NCBI GenBank assembly: GCA_965277805.1
Contig: OZ255842.1
Coordinates: 1,344,001-1,408,000, forward strand
Direction of reading: 5' to 3'
DNA: 64,000 nt
Source: Candidatus Lustribacter sp.
GTDB lineage: Bacteria; Vulcanimicrobiota; Vulcanimicrobiia; Vulcanimicrobiales; Vulcanimicrobiaceae
A program made the position numbers and the translations under genes. Positions within the stretch are counted from its first letter, which is position 1; every line of letters starts with the position of its first letter. The notes under the pieces are model-generated. The model made no database searches and was not told the DNA's origin. It saw only the letters and a program-made list of their open reading frames with translations. Below are positions 19,312-29,051 of this stretch, in pieces.

Positions 19312-20516
19312 CAGCCGACGACGCGCTCGACTTCGGCAAAGCTGGTGGTGCCCGCAACGATCTTTGCCGCGGCATCGTGATAGAGCGAACGGTGGCCGCG
19401 TTCGGCCGCGATGTGGGCCAGCGTCGCGCTCGAGGTGCCCGCCGCGATCGCTTCGCGGATCGCATCGTTCGCTTCTAGCACTTCGAAGATCCCGGTGCGT
19501 CCCGAATAGCCGGTTTCATCGCACGCCGCGCAACCCGCGGGAACGTACCAAATCGGCGCGTTGTCGGGAAGCATCCCGCGGATGTGCGCGGGAACGTCGG
19601 CCGGCTGCCGGCAGAAGCTGCAGAGTTTGCGCACCAGACGCTGCGCGACGACCGCCGTCAGTGCCGCAGCCAACGAGTGGCGAGCAACGCCCAGTTCGAC
19701 GAGGCGGTCGATCGTGCGCGCAGCGTCATTGCTGTGTACGGTCGCAAACACGGTCTGTCCGGCGAGCGCGGCGGATACACCGACAGCAGCGGTTTCGTCG
19801 TCGCGCATTTCCCCGATCATGATCACGTCGGGGTCTTGCCGAACGAACGCGCGCAACACGGCCGGAAACGTCAGCCCCGCGCGCACGTTCACTTGCACCT
19901 GTGCGGTTTGCGCAAGGCGCGCTTCGATCGGATCTTCGACCGTGCACACGTTGCGCAGCTCGCGGTCGAGTTCGGCGATCGATGCGTAGAGCGTCGTCGT
20001 CTTGCCCGAGCCGGTTGGACCGCTCACGACGACGAACCCCCACGGCGCGTGCGCGGTGCGCCGGTACGCCGCGAGTGCCGTGGGGCTCATTCCGAGATCG
20101 TCGAGCCGCGGCAGCGCCACGTGGTGGTCGAGCAGGCGGATGACGAGCTTCTCGCCGTCGATCGTTGGGATTGAGGAGACCCGTGCATCGATGCTGCGGC
20201 CCTCGACTACCACCGAATAGCGGCCGTCTTGCGGCAAGCGGCGATTGGCAATGTCGAGCCCGGCCAAGAGCTTGATGCGCGAGACGAACGGTGCGTAGAG
20301 GTCGCGCGCGATCGGCTCGCCGGGTCGCATGACCCCATCGACGCGCAGTCGGGTCCGGCCGGCGCTGTCGGCAGACGGTTCGATGTGGAGATCGCTCGCC
20401 CGCGCGGCGACGGCCCGGCGCAAGCTGGTATCGACTGCCCTCGTGACGGGCGCACCGGGATCGGCGGATGCTGAAGCGTCTAACGCTAAAAGCGCAGACG
20501 GTCGTAACGCGGCCAT
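19299..20516 (-). CDS. pilB: PilB/GspE extension ATPase, without the N-terminal N1 domain
   Basis: ASDLHIEP, RLPQDGR, GPTGSGKTTTLY, RQDPDVIMIGEMRD, CxxC..CxxC, GYSGRTGIFE. Confidence 0.92.
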   Translation of the reverse strand: MAALRPSALLALDASASADPGAPVTRAVDTSLRRAVAARASDLHIEPSADSAGRTRLRVDGVMRPGEPIARDLYAPFVSRIKLLAGLDIANRRLPQDGRYSVVVEGRSIDARVSSIPTIDGEKLVIRLLDHHVALPRLDDLGMSPTALAAYRRTAHAPWGFVVVSGPTGSGKTTTLYASIAELDRELRNVCTVEDPIEARLAQTAQVQVNVRAGLTFPAVLRAFVRQDPDVIMIGEMRDDETAAVGVSAALAGQTVFATVHSNDAARTIDRLVELGVARHSLAAALTAVVAQRLVRKLCSFCRQPADVPAHIRGMLPDNAPIWYVPAGCAACDETGYSGRTGIFEVLEANDAIREAIAAGTSSATLAHIAAERGHRSLYHDAAAKIVAGTTSFAEVERVVGWWVR

Positions 20517-20611
20517 TTCACGGAAATTATCCGGCCGCGGGCGACTCGGCAGAAATTCCTACTATGGGTTATGCCACCAAACTGGCACATACCCGGCGCG
20601 CAAGGGGACCC

Positions 20612-21025
20612 ATGATCAGCTTTACGGACTACCTGACGATTAACACCAAAGAGCGCTACGAAATACGTGACATCACGGAAGAGGTCGAGCGGGTGCGGGC
20701 CCAGGCGAAGTTACGCGAAGGTTTCGTGCTGGTGAGCACGATGCACATCACGTCGAGTATTTTTGTGAACGATCACGAGACCGGGCTCTATGCCGACATC
20801 ATGAAATGGCTCGAGGGGCTGGCGCCGTTCGGGAAGGACTACAAGCATCATCTCACCGGTGAGGACAATGCCGACGCGCACCTCAAGCGGATGATCCTCG
20901 GTCATCAAGTGCTCGTGCCGGTCACCGATGGGAAACTCGACCTGGGTCCCTGGGAGCGCGTGCACTACGGCGAGTTCGACGGCCGCCGCAACAAGCGCGT
21001 CTTGCTGAAGGCGTTCGGGTTCTAG
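20612..21025 (+). CDS. yjbQ: YjbQ/UPF0047 family protein
   Basis: HITSSIFVND, DNADAHLK, LGPWE..EFDG; SD AAGGGG upstream. Confidence 0.9.
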   Translation: MISFTDYLTINTKERYEIRDITEEVERVRAQAKLREGFVLVSTMHITSSIFVNDHETGLYADIMKWLEGLAPFGKDYKHHLTGEDNADAHLKRMILGHQVLVPVTDGKLDLGPWERVHYGEFDGRRNKRVLLKAFGF

Positions 21026-21861
21026 GCGTTCTCGATGTCCAGGCCGACGTCGAGCACGCGGACGCTGTGCGTGAGGGCGCCGCTTGAGATCAGGTCGACG
21101 CCGGTCTCGGCGACGGCGCGCACGGTGGTGTGGTCGATGCCGCCCGAGGATTCGAGCAGGGCCCGGCCGGCGGTGCGCACGACGGCGGCGCGCGTTTGTT
21201 CGATTGAGAAATTATCCAGCAGCACGATGTCGGCGCGGGCGGCGAGGGCCTCGTCGAGCTGTTCGATCGAATCGACCTCGACCTCAATCTTCACGAGATG
21301 GCCCGCGTAGGCGCGTGCCGCTTCGATCGCCGGGCGGATGCCGCCGGCGACCGCGACGTGGTTGTCCTTGATCAGGATCGCATCGTCGAGACCGAAGCGG
21401 TGGTTGGCGCCGCCGCCGTGACGGATCGCCGCTTTCTCGAGTGCGCGCATGTTGGGCGTCGTCTTGCGCGTGTCGATGATGACGGCGTTCGTACCTGCGA
21501 CGGCTTCGACGAGCTTACTCGTCGCGGTCGCTACGCCGGAGAGATGGCTCAGGATGTTGAGCGCGGTGCGCTCGCCGGCCAAGATTGCCCGCAGCGGCCC
21601 GTGAACGCTCGCGATCGGGGTTCCCGCGCTCACCCGATCGCCGTCGGCGGCATGCAGCTCGACCCGGACCCGCTCGTCGATGAGCGTGAACGTCCGGGCG
21701 AACGGCTCGACGCCGGAGATCACGCCGGTTGCGCGGCCGACGGCCTTCGCCGTCCCCATCGCGTCCGGGGCGACGATCGCGTCGGTGGTGATGTCGCCGG
21801 CGCGGCCGAGGTCCTCGCGCAGTGCTGCCTTCAAGAAATCTTCGTAGATCAGTCCGATCAT
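21022..21861 (-). CDS. nadC: Nicotinate-nucleotide pyrophosphorylase (carboxylating)
   Basis: [37 protein letters not shown]. Confidence 0.95.
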   Translation of the reverse strand: MIGLIYEDFLKAALREDLGRAGDITTDAIVAPDAMGTAKAVGRATGVISGVEPFARTFTLIDERVRVELHAADGDRVSAGTPIASVHGPLRAILAGERTALNILSHLSGVATATSKLVEAVAGTNAVIIDTRKTTPNMRALEKAAIRHGGGANHRFGLDDAILIKDNHVAVAGGIRPAIEAARAYAGHLVKIEVEVDSIEQLDEALAARADIVLLDNFSIEQTRAAVVRTAGRALLESSGGIDHTTVRAVAETGVDLISSGALTHSVRVLDVGLDIENA

Positions 21862-22853
21862 ACGGCGATCATCGCTTCGAGCGCGCGCTGCGCCCGAACG
21901 CGGATTGCCTCGTCGACCAGCACCTCGTCTTGCAGCGTCTCGAGCGAGCGCAAAATCTTCGGCAGCGTCGTGCGCTTCATGTGCGGGCAGAGGTTGCACG
22001 GCCGCACGAACTCGACGTTGGCGAATTCGGCGGCGACGTTATCGCTCATCGAACATTCGGTAAGCATCACGACGCGCTTATCCTGATGATCGCGCACGAA
22101 GTCGCTCATCGCAGCGGTCGAACCGGCGAAGTCCACTGACGCCAGCACGTCGGGCGGGCATTCGGGATGCGCGATCACCACGATCCCCTCGTCGCCTTCG
22201 CGGAGCTGCTCGACGTCGATCGCGCGGAAGCGCTCGTGCACTTCGCAGTGGCCGTGCCACGGGATGATCTCGACGTCCGTGTTCGACGCGACGTAGCTCG
22301 CGAGAAACGCATCCGGCAGCATGAGCACGCGCGGTGCGCCGAGCGATTCGACGATCTTCACGGCGTTGGACGACGTGCAGCAAATATCCGATTCGGCCTT
22401 GACCGCGGCGCTCGTATTCACGTACGTGACGACCGGCACGCCGGGATAGTTCTCGCGCAACGCGCGCACGTCGGCGGCGGTGATCGATTCGGCCAGCGAA
22501 CAGCCGGCGCGCGCATCGGGCACAACGACCGTGCGATGCGGGTTGAGAATCTTCGCGGTCTCACCCATGAAGTGCACGCCGCACACCACGATGATGTCGG
22601 CGTCGACGCGGCAGGCTTCGCGCGCGAGTTGCAGCGAGTCGCCGACGATATCGGCCACGCCGTGGAAGATCTCCGGCGTTTGGTAGTTGTGCGCGAGAAT
22701 CACCGCGTTGCGTTCGCGTTTGAGGCGATTGATCGCATCGATGTACGGTGCGAAGAGATCCCACTCCGCGGGAGTAATGACGCGCGAGACGCGGTCGTAG
22801 AGGGGGTGCGTGCGTTCCGCGATCGCGGGGGTAAGGGGCAGAAGATCGATCAT
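21858..22853 (-). CDS. nadA: Quinolinate synthase A
   Basis: AHNYQ, CGVHFM, AGCSLA, YVNTSA, CEVH, HPEC, CPHMK. Confidence 0.96.
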   Translation of the reverse strand: MIDLLPLTPAIAERTHPLYDRVSRVITPAEWDLFAPYIDAINRLKRERNAVILAHNYQTPEIFHGVADIVGDSLQLAREACRVDADIIVVCGVHFMGETAKILNPHRTVVVPDARAGCSLAESITAADVRALRENYPGVPVVTYVNTSAAVKAESDICCTSSNAVKIVESLGAPRVLMLPDAFLASYVASNTDVEIIPWHGHCEVHERFRAIDVEQLREGDEGIVVIAHPECPPDVLASVDFAGSTAAMSDFVRDHQDKRVVMLTECSMSDNVAAEFANVEFVRPCNLCPHMKRTTLPKILRSLETLQDEVLVDEAIRVRAQRALEAMIAV

Positions 22854-22883
22854 AGGGGCCGGCTTTGCGGTAGTGAGCGGCCC

Positions 22884-22904
22884 TTATTCTAATACTGAGA
22901 AAAA
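22884..22904. promoter_or_regulatory. Candidate NadQ operator
   Basis: 21-bp imperfect palindrome TTATTCTAA-TAC-TGAGAAAAA (arms 7/9 symmetric) between nadQ and nadA; resembles the ttATRCTCannntGAGYATaa NadQ consensus. Confidence 0.65.
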
Positions 22905-22926
22905 GAAGATGATGCGACTAAAGTCG

Positions 22927-23832
22927 CTATCGGATGCCGATTCCCGGGTCCGGACGCTCGGCGAGCACGTCCGGGCGGAAGCGGAACGTCTCGGCCGGCC
23001 GGCCCGAGGTGCGGCGGTGACCGCCCGTGCTCTCGACGATGCCGCTCTCGGCCACGAGGCGGCGGAAGTTGGGCCCGTGCAGTTCCATGCCGGCCAGTGC
23101 CTCGACCGTGGTTTGGAGTTCGGAGAGCGTGAACGTCTCGCCGATCAGCTCGAACACCACCGGACGGTACTTGATTTTGCCGCGCAGCCGGCCGATCGCG
23201 GTCGCCAAGATCCGGCGGTGATCGAGGTCCATCGGCTCACCGAGCGTCGCGATCGCATTCGCGCCTTCGGGCGCCATGCTCAATTCGTAGAGGCACTCGT
23301 AGCGCTCGAGCACGGCTTCGTTATTCCACGGCGCACCGTCGAGGCCGAACGCCACGCGTGCGCGGAACGCGCGGCCCGCGTCGTCGCGCGCGGCCGCGGT
23401 CCAACGGCGCAGCAGCGGCACGATCGTGCGATCGAGGATCTCGGGCCGCCCGGCACGCGCGTCTTCCCATGGAAAGAAGCGATACCAATCGAGCCACGTG
23501 CCGCCGCGCGACGCGCTATCGGCTTCATCCATGCCGGTCAGCGCCAGATATCCCACGCTGACGTAGCGGGGACCGCCGCTCACCTCGCGCGGGTCGCGGT
23601 GCCGGTCACCGAACGTGTAGAGCTGCTCGAGGTAGCCTTCGCGCAAGCCTGCCTGATCGCTCAACACACGGCGCGCCGCGAGTTCGAGCGTGCGATCGAG
23701 TGCCGGCGTAAACGCGCCGCTGGGCAAGCGCGGCCGGCCGTCGGGCGCGAACGTGAGCACGTGGGGTGTATCCGCGCGCACGCCCACAACGACTGCGTCG
23801 ATGCCCAAGCGCGCCGGAGTTTCCTCGGCCAT
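22927..23832 (-). CDS. nadQ: NadQ (NrtR-related, Nudix-like + wHTH) NAD biosynthesis regulator
   Basis: YLEQLYTFGDR, FPWED, VLERYE, DHRRILATAIGRLRGKIKYRPVVFEL, NFRR; directly upstream of nadA. Confidence 0.85.
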   Translation of the reverse strand: MAEETPARLGIDAVVVGVRADTPHVLTFAPDGRPRLPSGAFTPALDRTLELAARRVLSDQAGLREGYLEQLYTFGDRHRDPREVSGGPRYVSVGYLALTGMDEADSASRGGTWLDWYRFFPWEDARAGRPEILDRTIVPLLRRWTAAARDDAGRAFRARVAFGLDGAPWNNEAVLERYECLYELSMAPEGANAIATLGEPMDLDHRRILATAIGRLRGKIKYRPVVFELIGETFTLSELQTTVEALAGMELHGPNFRRLVAESGIVESTGGHRRTSGRPAETFRFRPDVLAERPDPGIGIR

Positions 23833-23884
23833 TGCCGTTCCCAGTTCGCGGGGGCCTCCGTCTGACCCACCGAAAAACGAATCG

Positions 23885-24400
23885 GTGAAGGTATGCATCG
23901 TAGCGCTCGCGCTCGTGGTCCTGGGCGTGGCGCTGCCGGCGCAAGCCGCCACGTATCGTGGCGTAGCAAGTGCGCCGAGCGTGGTCTGGATTTCGGGGGA
24001 CATGCCGGCACCGGTTCCGAGTGCTGCGATCCATCAGACGAGCAAAACCTTCGTTCCCGCACTGCTCGTCGTTCCGGCCGGCTCGAGCGTGCGTTTCCCC
24101 AACGACGATCAGTTCTATCACAGCGTCTACAGCGACTCGCCGAGCAATCCGTTCGACCTGGGCCTTTACGACAATGGTCCCGGCAAGAGCGTCGAGTTCG
24201 ACAACGCCGGCGTTGTCGAGGTGCGCTGCCACGTGCACGGATCGATGCACGCGACCATCGTGGTGGTCGACGGTCCCTACGTGGTGACCGTGAAACCGAA
24301 CGAGCGTTACCGCATCGCGGGCGTGCGCCCGGGTTTGCGCGTGCTGCACGTGTGGAGCGAGGGCGGCACGATCACGGCGACGCCGGTGGTGGTTAGATAG
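23885..24400 (+). CDS. Secreted cupredoxin-like protein with C-terminal beta (carboxypeptidase-regulatory-like) segment
   Basis: Signal peptide; FPNDDQFYHSVYS..FDLG; CHVHGSM type-1 copper-like ligand set. Confidence 0.75.
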   Translation: MKVCIVALALVVLGVALPAQAATYRGVASAPSVVWISGDMPAPVPSAAIHQTSKTFVPALLVVPAGSSVRFPNDDQFYHSVYSDSPSNPFDLGLYDNGPGKSVEFDNAGVVEVRCHVHGSMHATIVVVDGPYVVTVKPNERYRIAGVRPGLRVLHVWSEGGTITATPVVVR

Positions 24401-25634
24401 CGCGCAAGCGCTCCATCACGACGCGCTGGGCAAACTTGACTTCGCCGCTCGCGCGCGGCGGCGGCACGATCTCGCCGCGTACGACGAGCGCAACGAACGC
24501 GGCAACGCAGCGGCGATCGAATTGGGTTCCCTCGCCGCGTTGCAGTTCGGCTACGGCGGCATCGGCACCGAGGCCGGCGCGATACGGCCGATCGGTCGTC
24601 ATCGCATCGAAGGCGTCGGCGACCGCGATGATGCGCGCGCCGAACGGGATGTCCGTTCCGACGAGCCCATCGGGATAGCCGCGTCCGTCCCAACGTTCGT
24701 GATGGTGCAGAATGCACGGATGGATATCGCACATCGACGGGATGCCGTCGATCAGTCCGGCGCCGATCACGGGATGGCCGCGAATCAGCAACCGTTCTTC
24801 ATCATCCAGCGGTCCGTTCTTGAAGAGCACCGCATCGGGCACGCCGACCTTTCCGATGTCGTGCAGCAGTGCGGCGTGTTCGATCGTCTGCGTTTCCGCG
24901 AGCGATAGCCCGAGATCGATCGCCAAGAGGCGGCTGTACGCGGCCACGCGGCGCGAGTGTCCGGCGGTATACGGATCGCGCAAGTCGATCGTTTCCGCTA
25001 AGGTCGTGAGGGTTTGGAAAAACGAGTCCTGTGCTTCACGCCGGCGGCGTTCGATCTCGCGCGAAGCACCGGCCGCTAGCGCAACGAGGGCGCAGAAGAT
25101 GAGGGCGACGACGGCGGTGGTCGCCGCGGCGACCTGGAAACGTTCGCCGGCAAACTGATTGTGAAGCTGCCCCGGCACGACGTCGATCGCAACGACGAAC
25201 CGCTTGCCGCTGCCGGTGACGAACGGCTCGTACATCGTGCGCGTATCGTGGTGGTCATCCGAGATGATCGAGTCGCTGGCTTGCGTTTGTGCGACGAGTG
25301 CAGCAGCGGGCGGTGCGGAAAGCGGGTAGACCGGCCGGCCGTCGGTGCGGTAGACGCGCAGCGCGGAGATGAACTCGCGCAGCGTAGCATCTCCGGCGGC
25401 GGCGCGAAATTCGGCGGAGAGGGCCGGCGTGAGATGCCCGGCGGCCGCGTAGCCTTCGAGCGGCAGCGCGATCTTCGCGTCGATTTGGCCGACCGCCGTC
25501 ACGACTTCGTCGCGTTCGACCGATTGCTGGTGCAGCGACTCGAGCACGAATGCCAGCACAACCGCAGCTGCGAATGCGGCCGCAAAGGTGGCCAGCGTGA
25601 AGCGCGTGAGGAACGTCAGCCGCGGCAGCTTCAT
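24393..25634 (-). CDS. Membrane-anchored HD-GYP cyclic-dinucleotide phosphodiesterase
   Basis: Two TM segments flanking an extracytoplasmic domain; DPYTAGHS, LLHDIGK, HHERWDGRGYP, VADAFDAMTTDRPYR. Confidence 0.92.
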   Translation of the reverse strand: MKLPRLTFLTRFTLATFAAAFAAAVVLAFVLESLHQQSVERDEVVTAVGQIDAKIALPLEGYAAAGHLTPALSAEFRAAAGDATLREFISALRVYRTDGRPVYPLSAPPAAALVAQTQASDSIISDDHHDTRTMYEPFVTGSGKRFVVAIDVVPGQLHNQFAGERFQVAAATTAVVALIFCALVALAAGASREIERRRREAQDSFFQTLTTLAETIDLRDPYTAGHSRRVAAYSRLLAIDLGLSLAETQTIEHAALLHDIGKVGVPDAVLFKNGPLDDEERLLIRGHPVIGAGLIDGIPSMCDIHPCILHHHERWDGRGYPDGLVGTDIPFGARIIAVADAFDAMTTDRPYRAGLGADAAVAELQRGEGTQFDRRCVAAFVALVVRGEIVPPPRASGEVKFAQRVVMERLRAI

Positions 25635-25638
25635 GCGA

Positions 25639-26160
25639 TTATGAAACGAAACCGGTGGCGTAGCTGCGCACGCCGAGCGCTTGTGATAGCAGCGCGACGT
25701 GCGTCGTTTCCACGCCGAGGATCGATGCCGCGACGCCGGCCAAGGCCCGGTCGTGCAGCTCCGGGATGACCGAGAGGTACGTCGATGCCGCCTTCATTTC
25801 GACGACATTCGCGAACGCGATGACGTCGTGTTCGGTTGCGAGCGGCGGATAGGCGATCGGTGCGATCGCGGTTGACGGCACGGCACCGGCGCTGCGCACG
25901 GCGCCCATGAGCGCATCGCGGTGGGCGGTGTGGTCGGCGGCGAAGCGCGAGGCGATGGCCAGCACCGGCGCCGAGAGAAGTTTCGTCGCCGCGGCGTCGG
26001 CGTAGGCTTTGATGCCGGCGCGCTCGAGTTCGATCGCGCTGTTGAGCGTTGCGATATCGTCCGGATTCGCGGTGGCGGCGGCTGCCGCGAACTGCGACAA
26101 AAGTGGCAGGCCGAATGCGGCGATACCGGTTCCAAAGACGAGCAGCCGATTTCGATTCAT
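25639..26160 (-). CDS. Exported ferritin-like domain protein
   Basis: N-terminal leader; LNSAIELE..AY, DH..H, VE..AASTY, GVETTH. Confidence 0.8.
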   Translation of the reverse strand: MNRNRLLVFGTGIAAFGLPLLSQFAAAAATANPDDIATLNSAIELERAGIKAYADAAATKLLSAPVLAIASRFAADHTAHRDALMGAVRSAGAVPSTAIAPIAYPPLATEHDVIAFANVVEMKAASTYLSVIPELHDRALAGVAASILGVETTHVALLSQALGVRSYATGFVS

Positions 26161-26171
26161 GCTGCTTACAT

Positions 26172-26197
26172 TACGTTAAAACCGGCGGCTTGGATGG
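26172..26197 (-). promoter_or_regulatory. Candidate ECF (SigK-like) promoter CCATCC-N15-ACGTA
   Basis: Ends 11 nt before the ferritin-like ATG; resembles the CCATCC-N15-CCGAA SigK consensus. Confidence 0.5.
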
Positions 26198-26230
26198 CCG
26201 CAGCCGTAAAGATACGCAGTGTTTGGTTTG

Positions 26231-27478
26231 TTAATGCGACGTAAGGACGACTCCGATTGCCGCCACCGTCATGAGACCGATCGTGATCCAGAGCCAGATT
26301 TGCGAGCGCCGTCCGTTGCGCCAGCGGCCCATCGTAGCGGTACTGTTCCCAGTGCACACGACGCCGATCAGAAGCGGGATCGCGACGAAGCCGTTGACCA
26401 CCGCCGACCAGTAGAGCGCGGACACGGCATCGAGCCGCATCAAATCGGCCACTACGCCGAGCGCGATGCCGGCTGCGATCACGCTATAGAAGGGCACCGC
26501 TGCACTCGGCTTCGCGTCGAGCGTGCCGGTCCAATCGAAGGCTTCGGCCATCGCAAACGCCGACGAGCCGGCGAGCACCGGCACGGCGAGCAATCCCGCG
26601 CCGACCACGCCGAGGGCGAAGAGCAACTCGGCCCATGGGCCGGCGAGCGGGCGCAGAGCGCTCGCCGCGTCGGCCACGCTGTTGATGGTCACGTGATGGC
26701 GGAAGAGCGTCGTCGCGCTGATCAATACGATGAACCACGCGATCACGTTCGAGTAGAGCATGCCGGTCACGACGTCGGCGCGCATTTCCGTGATGGCGGA
26801 TTTCGTCGAGCCCTTGCGCTCTTCAACAGTCGTTTGACCGGCGGCGACCTCCTCTTCGACCTCGAGGGCAGCTTGCCACACGAATAGATACGGCGTAATG
26901 GTCGTGCCGAGAAATCCGACGAACGTGGCCATCCAGAACTTGTTGAATTGTATCTCGGGCAGAAACGTGTGCCTGATCGCCTCGGCCCAGTTCACGCCGA
27001 CAACGACGGCGCTGACGACGTAGGCGAAGAGGGTGAGGCAGAGCCATTTCACGATGTCGGCGAACACGCGATACGACGCAAAGACTTGCACACCGATCAG
27101 CAGCGCACCGAACACCACAGCCCACGCCCCGGAGGGAATGGGCGTCACGAGCGCGGCCGATGACGACATGCCCGCGATGTCGGCGGCGATGTTGAGCGTG
27201 TTGGCGGCGACCACGAGGGCAACGAGCACGCGCAAGAGCCACACCGGCATGACCCGCCGCATCGAGGCGATCAAGCCAGAACCGCTCACGATTCCGATGC
27301 GTGCGCACATCTCTTGCACGGCGATCATCATCGGAATCGTGATCAGTGCGACCCACAGCAAACCGTAGCCGAGACTCGCGCCCGCGATCGAATAGGTGGC
27401 GATGCCCGAAGGGTCGTCGTCGGAGGCGCCGGTGATGATGCCGGGGCCGAGTTTTTGCGCCCAGACGGGCAGTTTCAC
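26231..27478 (-). CDS. Nramp-family divalent metal transporter
   Basis: LGPGIITGASDDDPSGIATYS, GTTITPY, multiple TM segments; GTG start overlaps the esterase stop. Confidence 0.9.
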   Translation of the reverse strand: MKLPVWAQKLGPGIITGASDDDPSGIATYSIAGASLGYGLLWVALITIPMMIAVQEMCARIGIVSGSGLIASMRRVMPVWLLRVLVALVVAANTLNIAADIAGMSSSAALVTPIPSGAWAVVFGALLIGVQVFASYRVFADIVKWLCLTLFAYVVSAVVVGVNWAEAIRHTFLPEIQFNKFWMATFVGFLGTTITPYLFVWQAALEVEEEVAAGQTTVEERKGSTKSAITEMRADVVTGMLYSNVIAWFIVLISATTLFRHHVTINSVADAASALRPLAGPWAELLFALGVVGAGLLAVPVLAGSSAFAMAEAFDWTGTLDAKPSAAVPFYSVIAAGIALGVVADLMRLDAVSALYWSAVVNGFVAIPLLIGVVCTGNSTATMGRWRNGRRSQIWLWITIGLMTVAAIGVVLTSH

Positions 27479-29007
27479 TAGCGCCCGGTGGTTTGGTCGA
27501 GAAAGTCGAGTTCGGCCGTGCGAAACGCGGTGCCGGTCGAAACCGTATCGCCGAAGACGATGAAACGGTCGCCCGCGGGCGTGTAGGGGGGCCACACGCT
27601 CGTGCCGGGCGGATTCGGATTTCCGGTTTTGGCGAACTGCGTCCACATGGTTTCCATCGCTTCGGAGACGGCGTTGTCGGTCGCGTCGAACGCGGGTGCC
27701 GGCGCACCGACTCCGTTCACCGCCGGTGCGTTGAACACATACGGCAATTCGTCACTGTGCCCGGGAAGTTTTCCGGCGCGCGCGCGAGTGAAGAGGTAGC
27801 GGTAGACCGGGGCGCCGGCTTTGGCCATGACCACGGCCATTTTGCGGACGCCGGTGTTGATGTCCATGTCGCCCACGATCGTCGCTTCAGCGTTCAGCGC
27901 GCCGGCGTCGTCGGAGGCCGGATAGAACGCGCGCGCCTGCGGTGCCGAGGCGCCGAAGCGTTTCTTCAACGCGGCATCGTACATCGCGAGCGTTTTCACC
28001 GGAATACCGCGCGCGAAGAACGAGCCTTCGTTGACGTTGTTGCCGACGATGATCGGCACGACGGTTTCCTTACCGGCTGCATAGGCCGCGCGCTCGTCGG
28101 GCACGACCACGTTGTCGGCGATCGGACCCAGCGTGATCGCGAGATCGCTGCGCGTGTCGGGATCGAGCGGCGGAATGCGTTTCATCAGGTCGTCTAGAGA
28201 CATCGCACGCAGCGCGGCGAGGCCGGCACCCGCGGCTAGCGTTACACCGGCCGCTTCGGCCTCCGCGAGTTTCAACTGCGGACGGAAAACCGGCGCGCTT
28301 TCCATGATCGCGCGTTCGAACAGGCCTTTTGCGCGCGGCATGGTCATCAGCGCCGAGACCGAGCCGGCGCCGGCGGACTCGCCCACGATCGTCACGTTGT
28401 GCGGATCGCCGCCGAATGCCGCCGCGTTCGCCTGCACCCAGTGCAGCACCGCGACTTGATCGAGCAGACCGTAATTTCCCGACGTGCGATCGGGCGATTC
28501 GGCAGTCAGCGCCGGATGCGCGAGGAAGCCGAAGACGTTGAGGCGGTAGTTGAACGTAACGAGCACCACGCCGTGACCTGCGAGCGACGTGCCGTCAAAC
28601 GTCGGTGAGTTCGCGGCTCCCACCGCGTAGCCGCCGCCGAAGATGTAGATCATCACCGGCAAGTGCGCGCCGGCGCCGGCCGGCGTCCAGACGTTGAGCG
28701 TCAGGCAGTCTTCGCTGTTCGGAACGCCGGGCGGCGCGGGCTGGGCGCACTCGGGTCCGAACGCCGTTGCGTCGCGTACGCCGGTCCAGCGGGCCGGTGG
28801 CTGCGGTGGTTTCCAGCGCAGCGGCCCCACGGGCGGTGCGGCAAATGGGATGCCTTTGAAGGATCGCACGTCGCCGCCCGTGCCGGACACGATCCCGGCG
28901 GTGGTCTGGGCCGTCACCGCCGGCGCATCGGCAGCGCGTGCGGCGCCGAGCGATATTGCGGCGACGACGGCAAAACCGGGAACGGCTAGACGCATAGCTC
29001 GTAGCAT
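27478..29007 (-). CDS. Secreted type-B carboxylesterase (alternative start 28995)
   Basis: FKGIPFAAPPVG, SEDCLTLNVW, GESAG nucleophile, NEG, HSDEL. Confidence 0.92.
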   Translation of the reverse strand: MLRAMRLAVPGFAVVAAISLGAARAADAPAVTAQTTAGIVSGTGGDVRSFKGIPFAAPPVGPLRWKPPQPPARWTGVRDATAFGPECAQPAPPGVPNSEDCLTLNVWTPAGAGAHLPVMIYIFGGGYAVGAANSPTFDGTSLAGHGVVLVTFNYRLNVFGFLAHPALTAESPDRTSGNYGLLDQVAVLHWVQANAAAFGGDPHNVTIVGESAGAGSVSALMTMPRAKGLFERAIMESAPVFRPQLKLAEAEAAGVTLAAGAGLAALRAMSLDDLMKRIPPLDPDTRSDLAITLGPIADNVVVPDERAAYAAGKETVVPIIVGNNVNEGSFFARGIPVKTLAMYDAALKKRFGASAPQARAFYPASDDAGALNAEATIVGDMDINTGVRKMAVVMAKAGAPVYRYLFTRARAGKLPGHSDELPYVFNAPAVNGVGAPAPAFDATDNAVSEAMETMWTQFAKTGNPNPPGTSVWPPYTPAGDRFIVFGDTVSTGTAFRTAELDFLDQTTGR

Positions 29008-29051
29008 TGTACCGGCGTAGCGTGCGCGCCGTGGAAATTCCTTGCCGAGCG

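Noticed and set aside
10251-20516. Type II secretion system call for the pilus locus
   Set aside because: PilT and PilM/N/O are present and the pseudopilin set (GspG-K) is absent, which favours a type IV pilus
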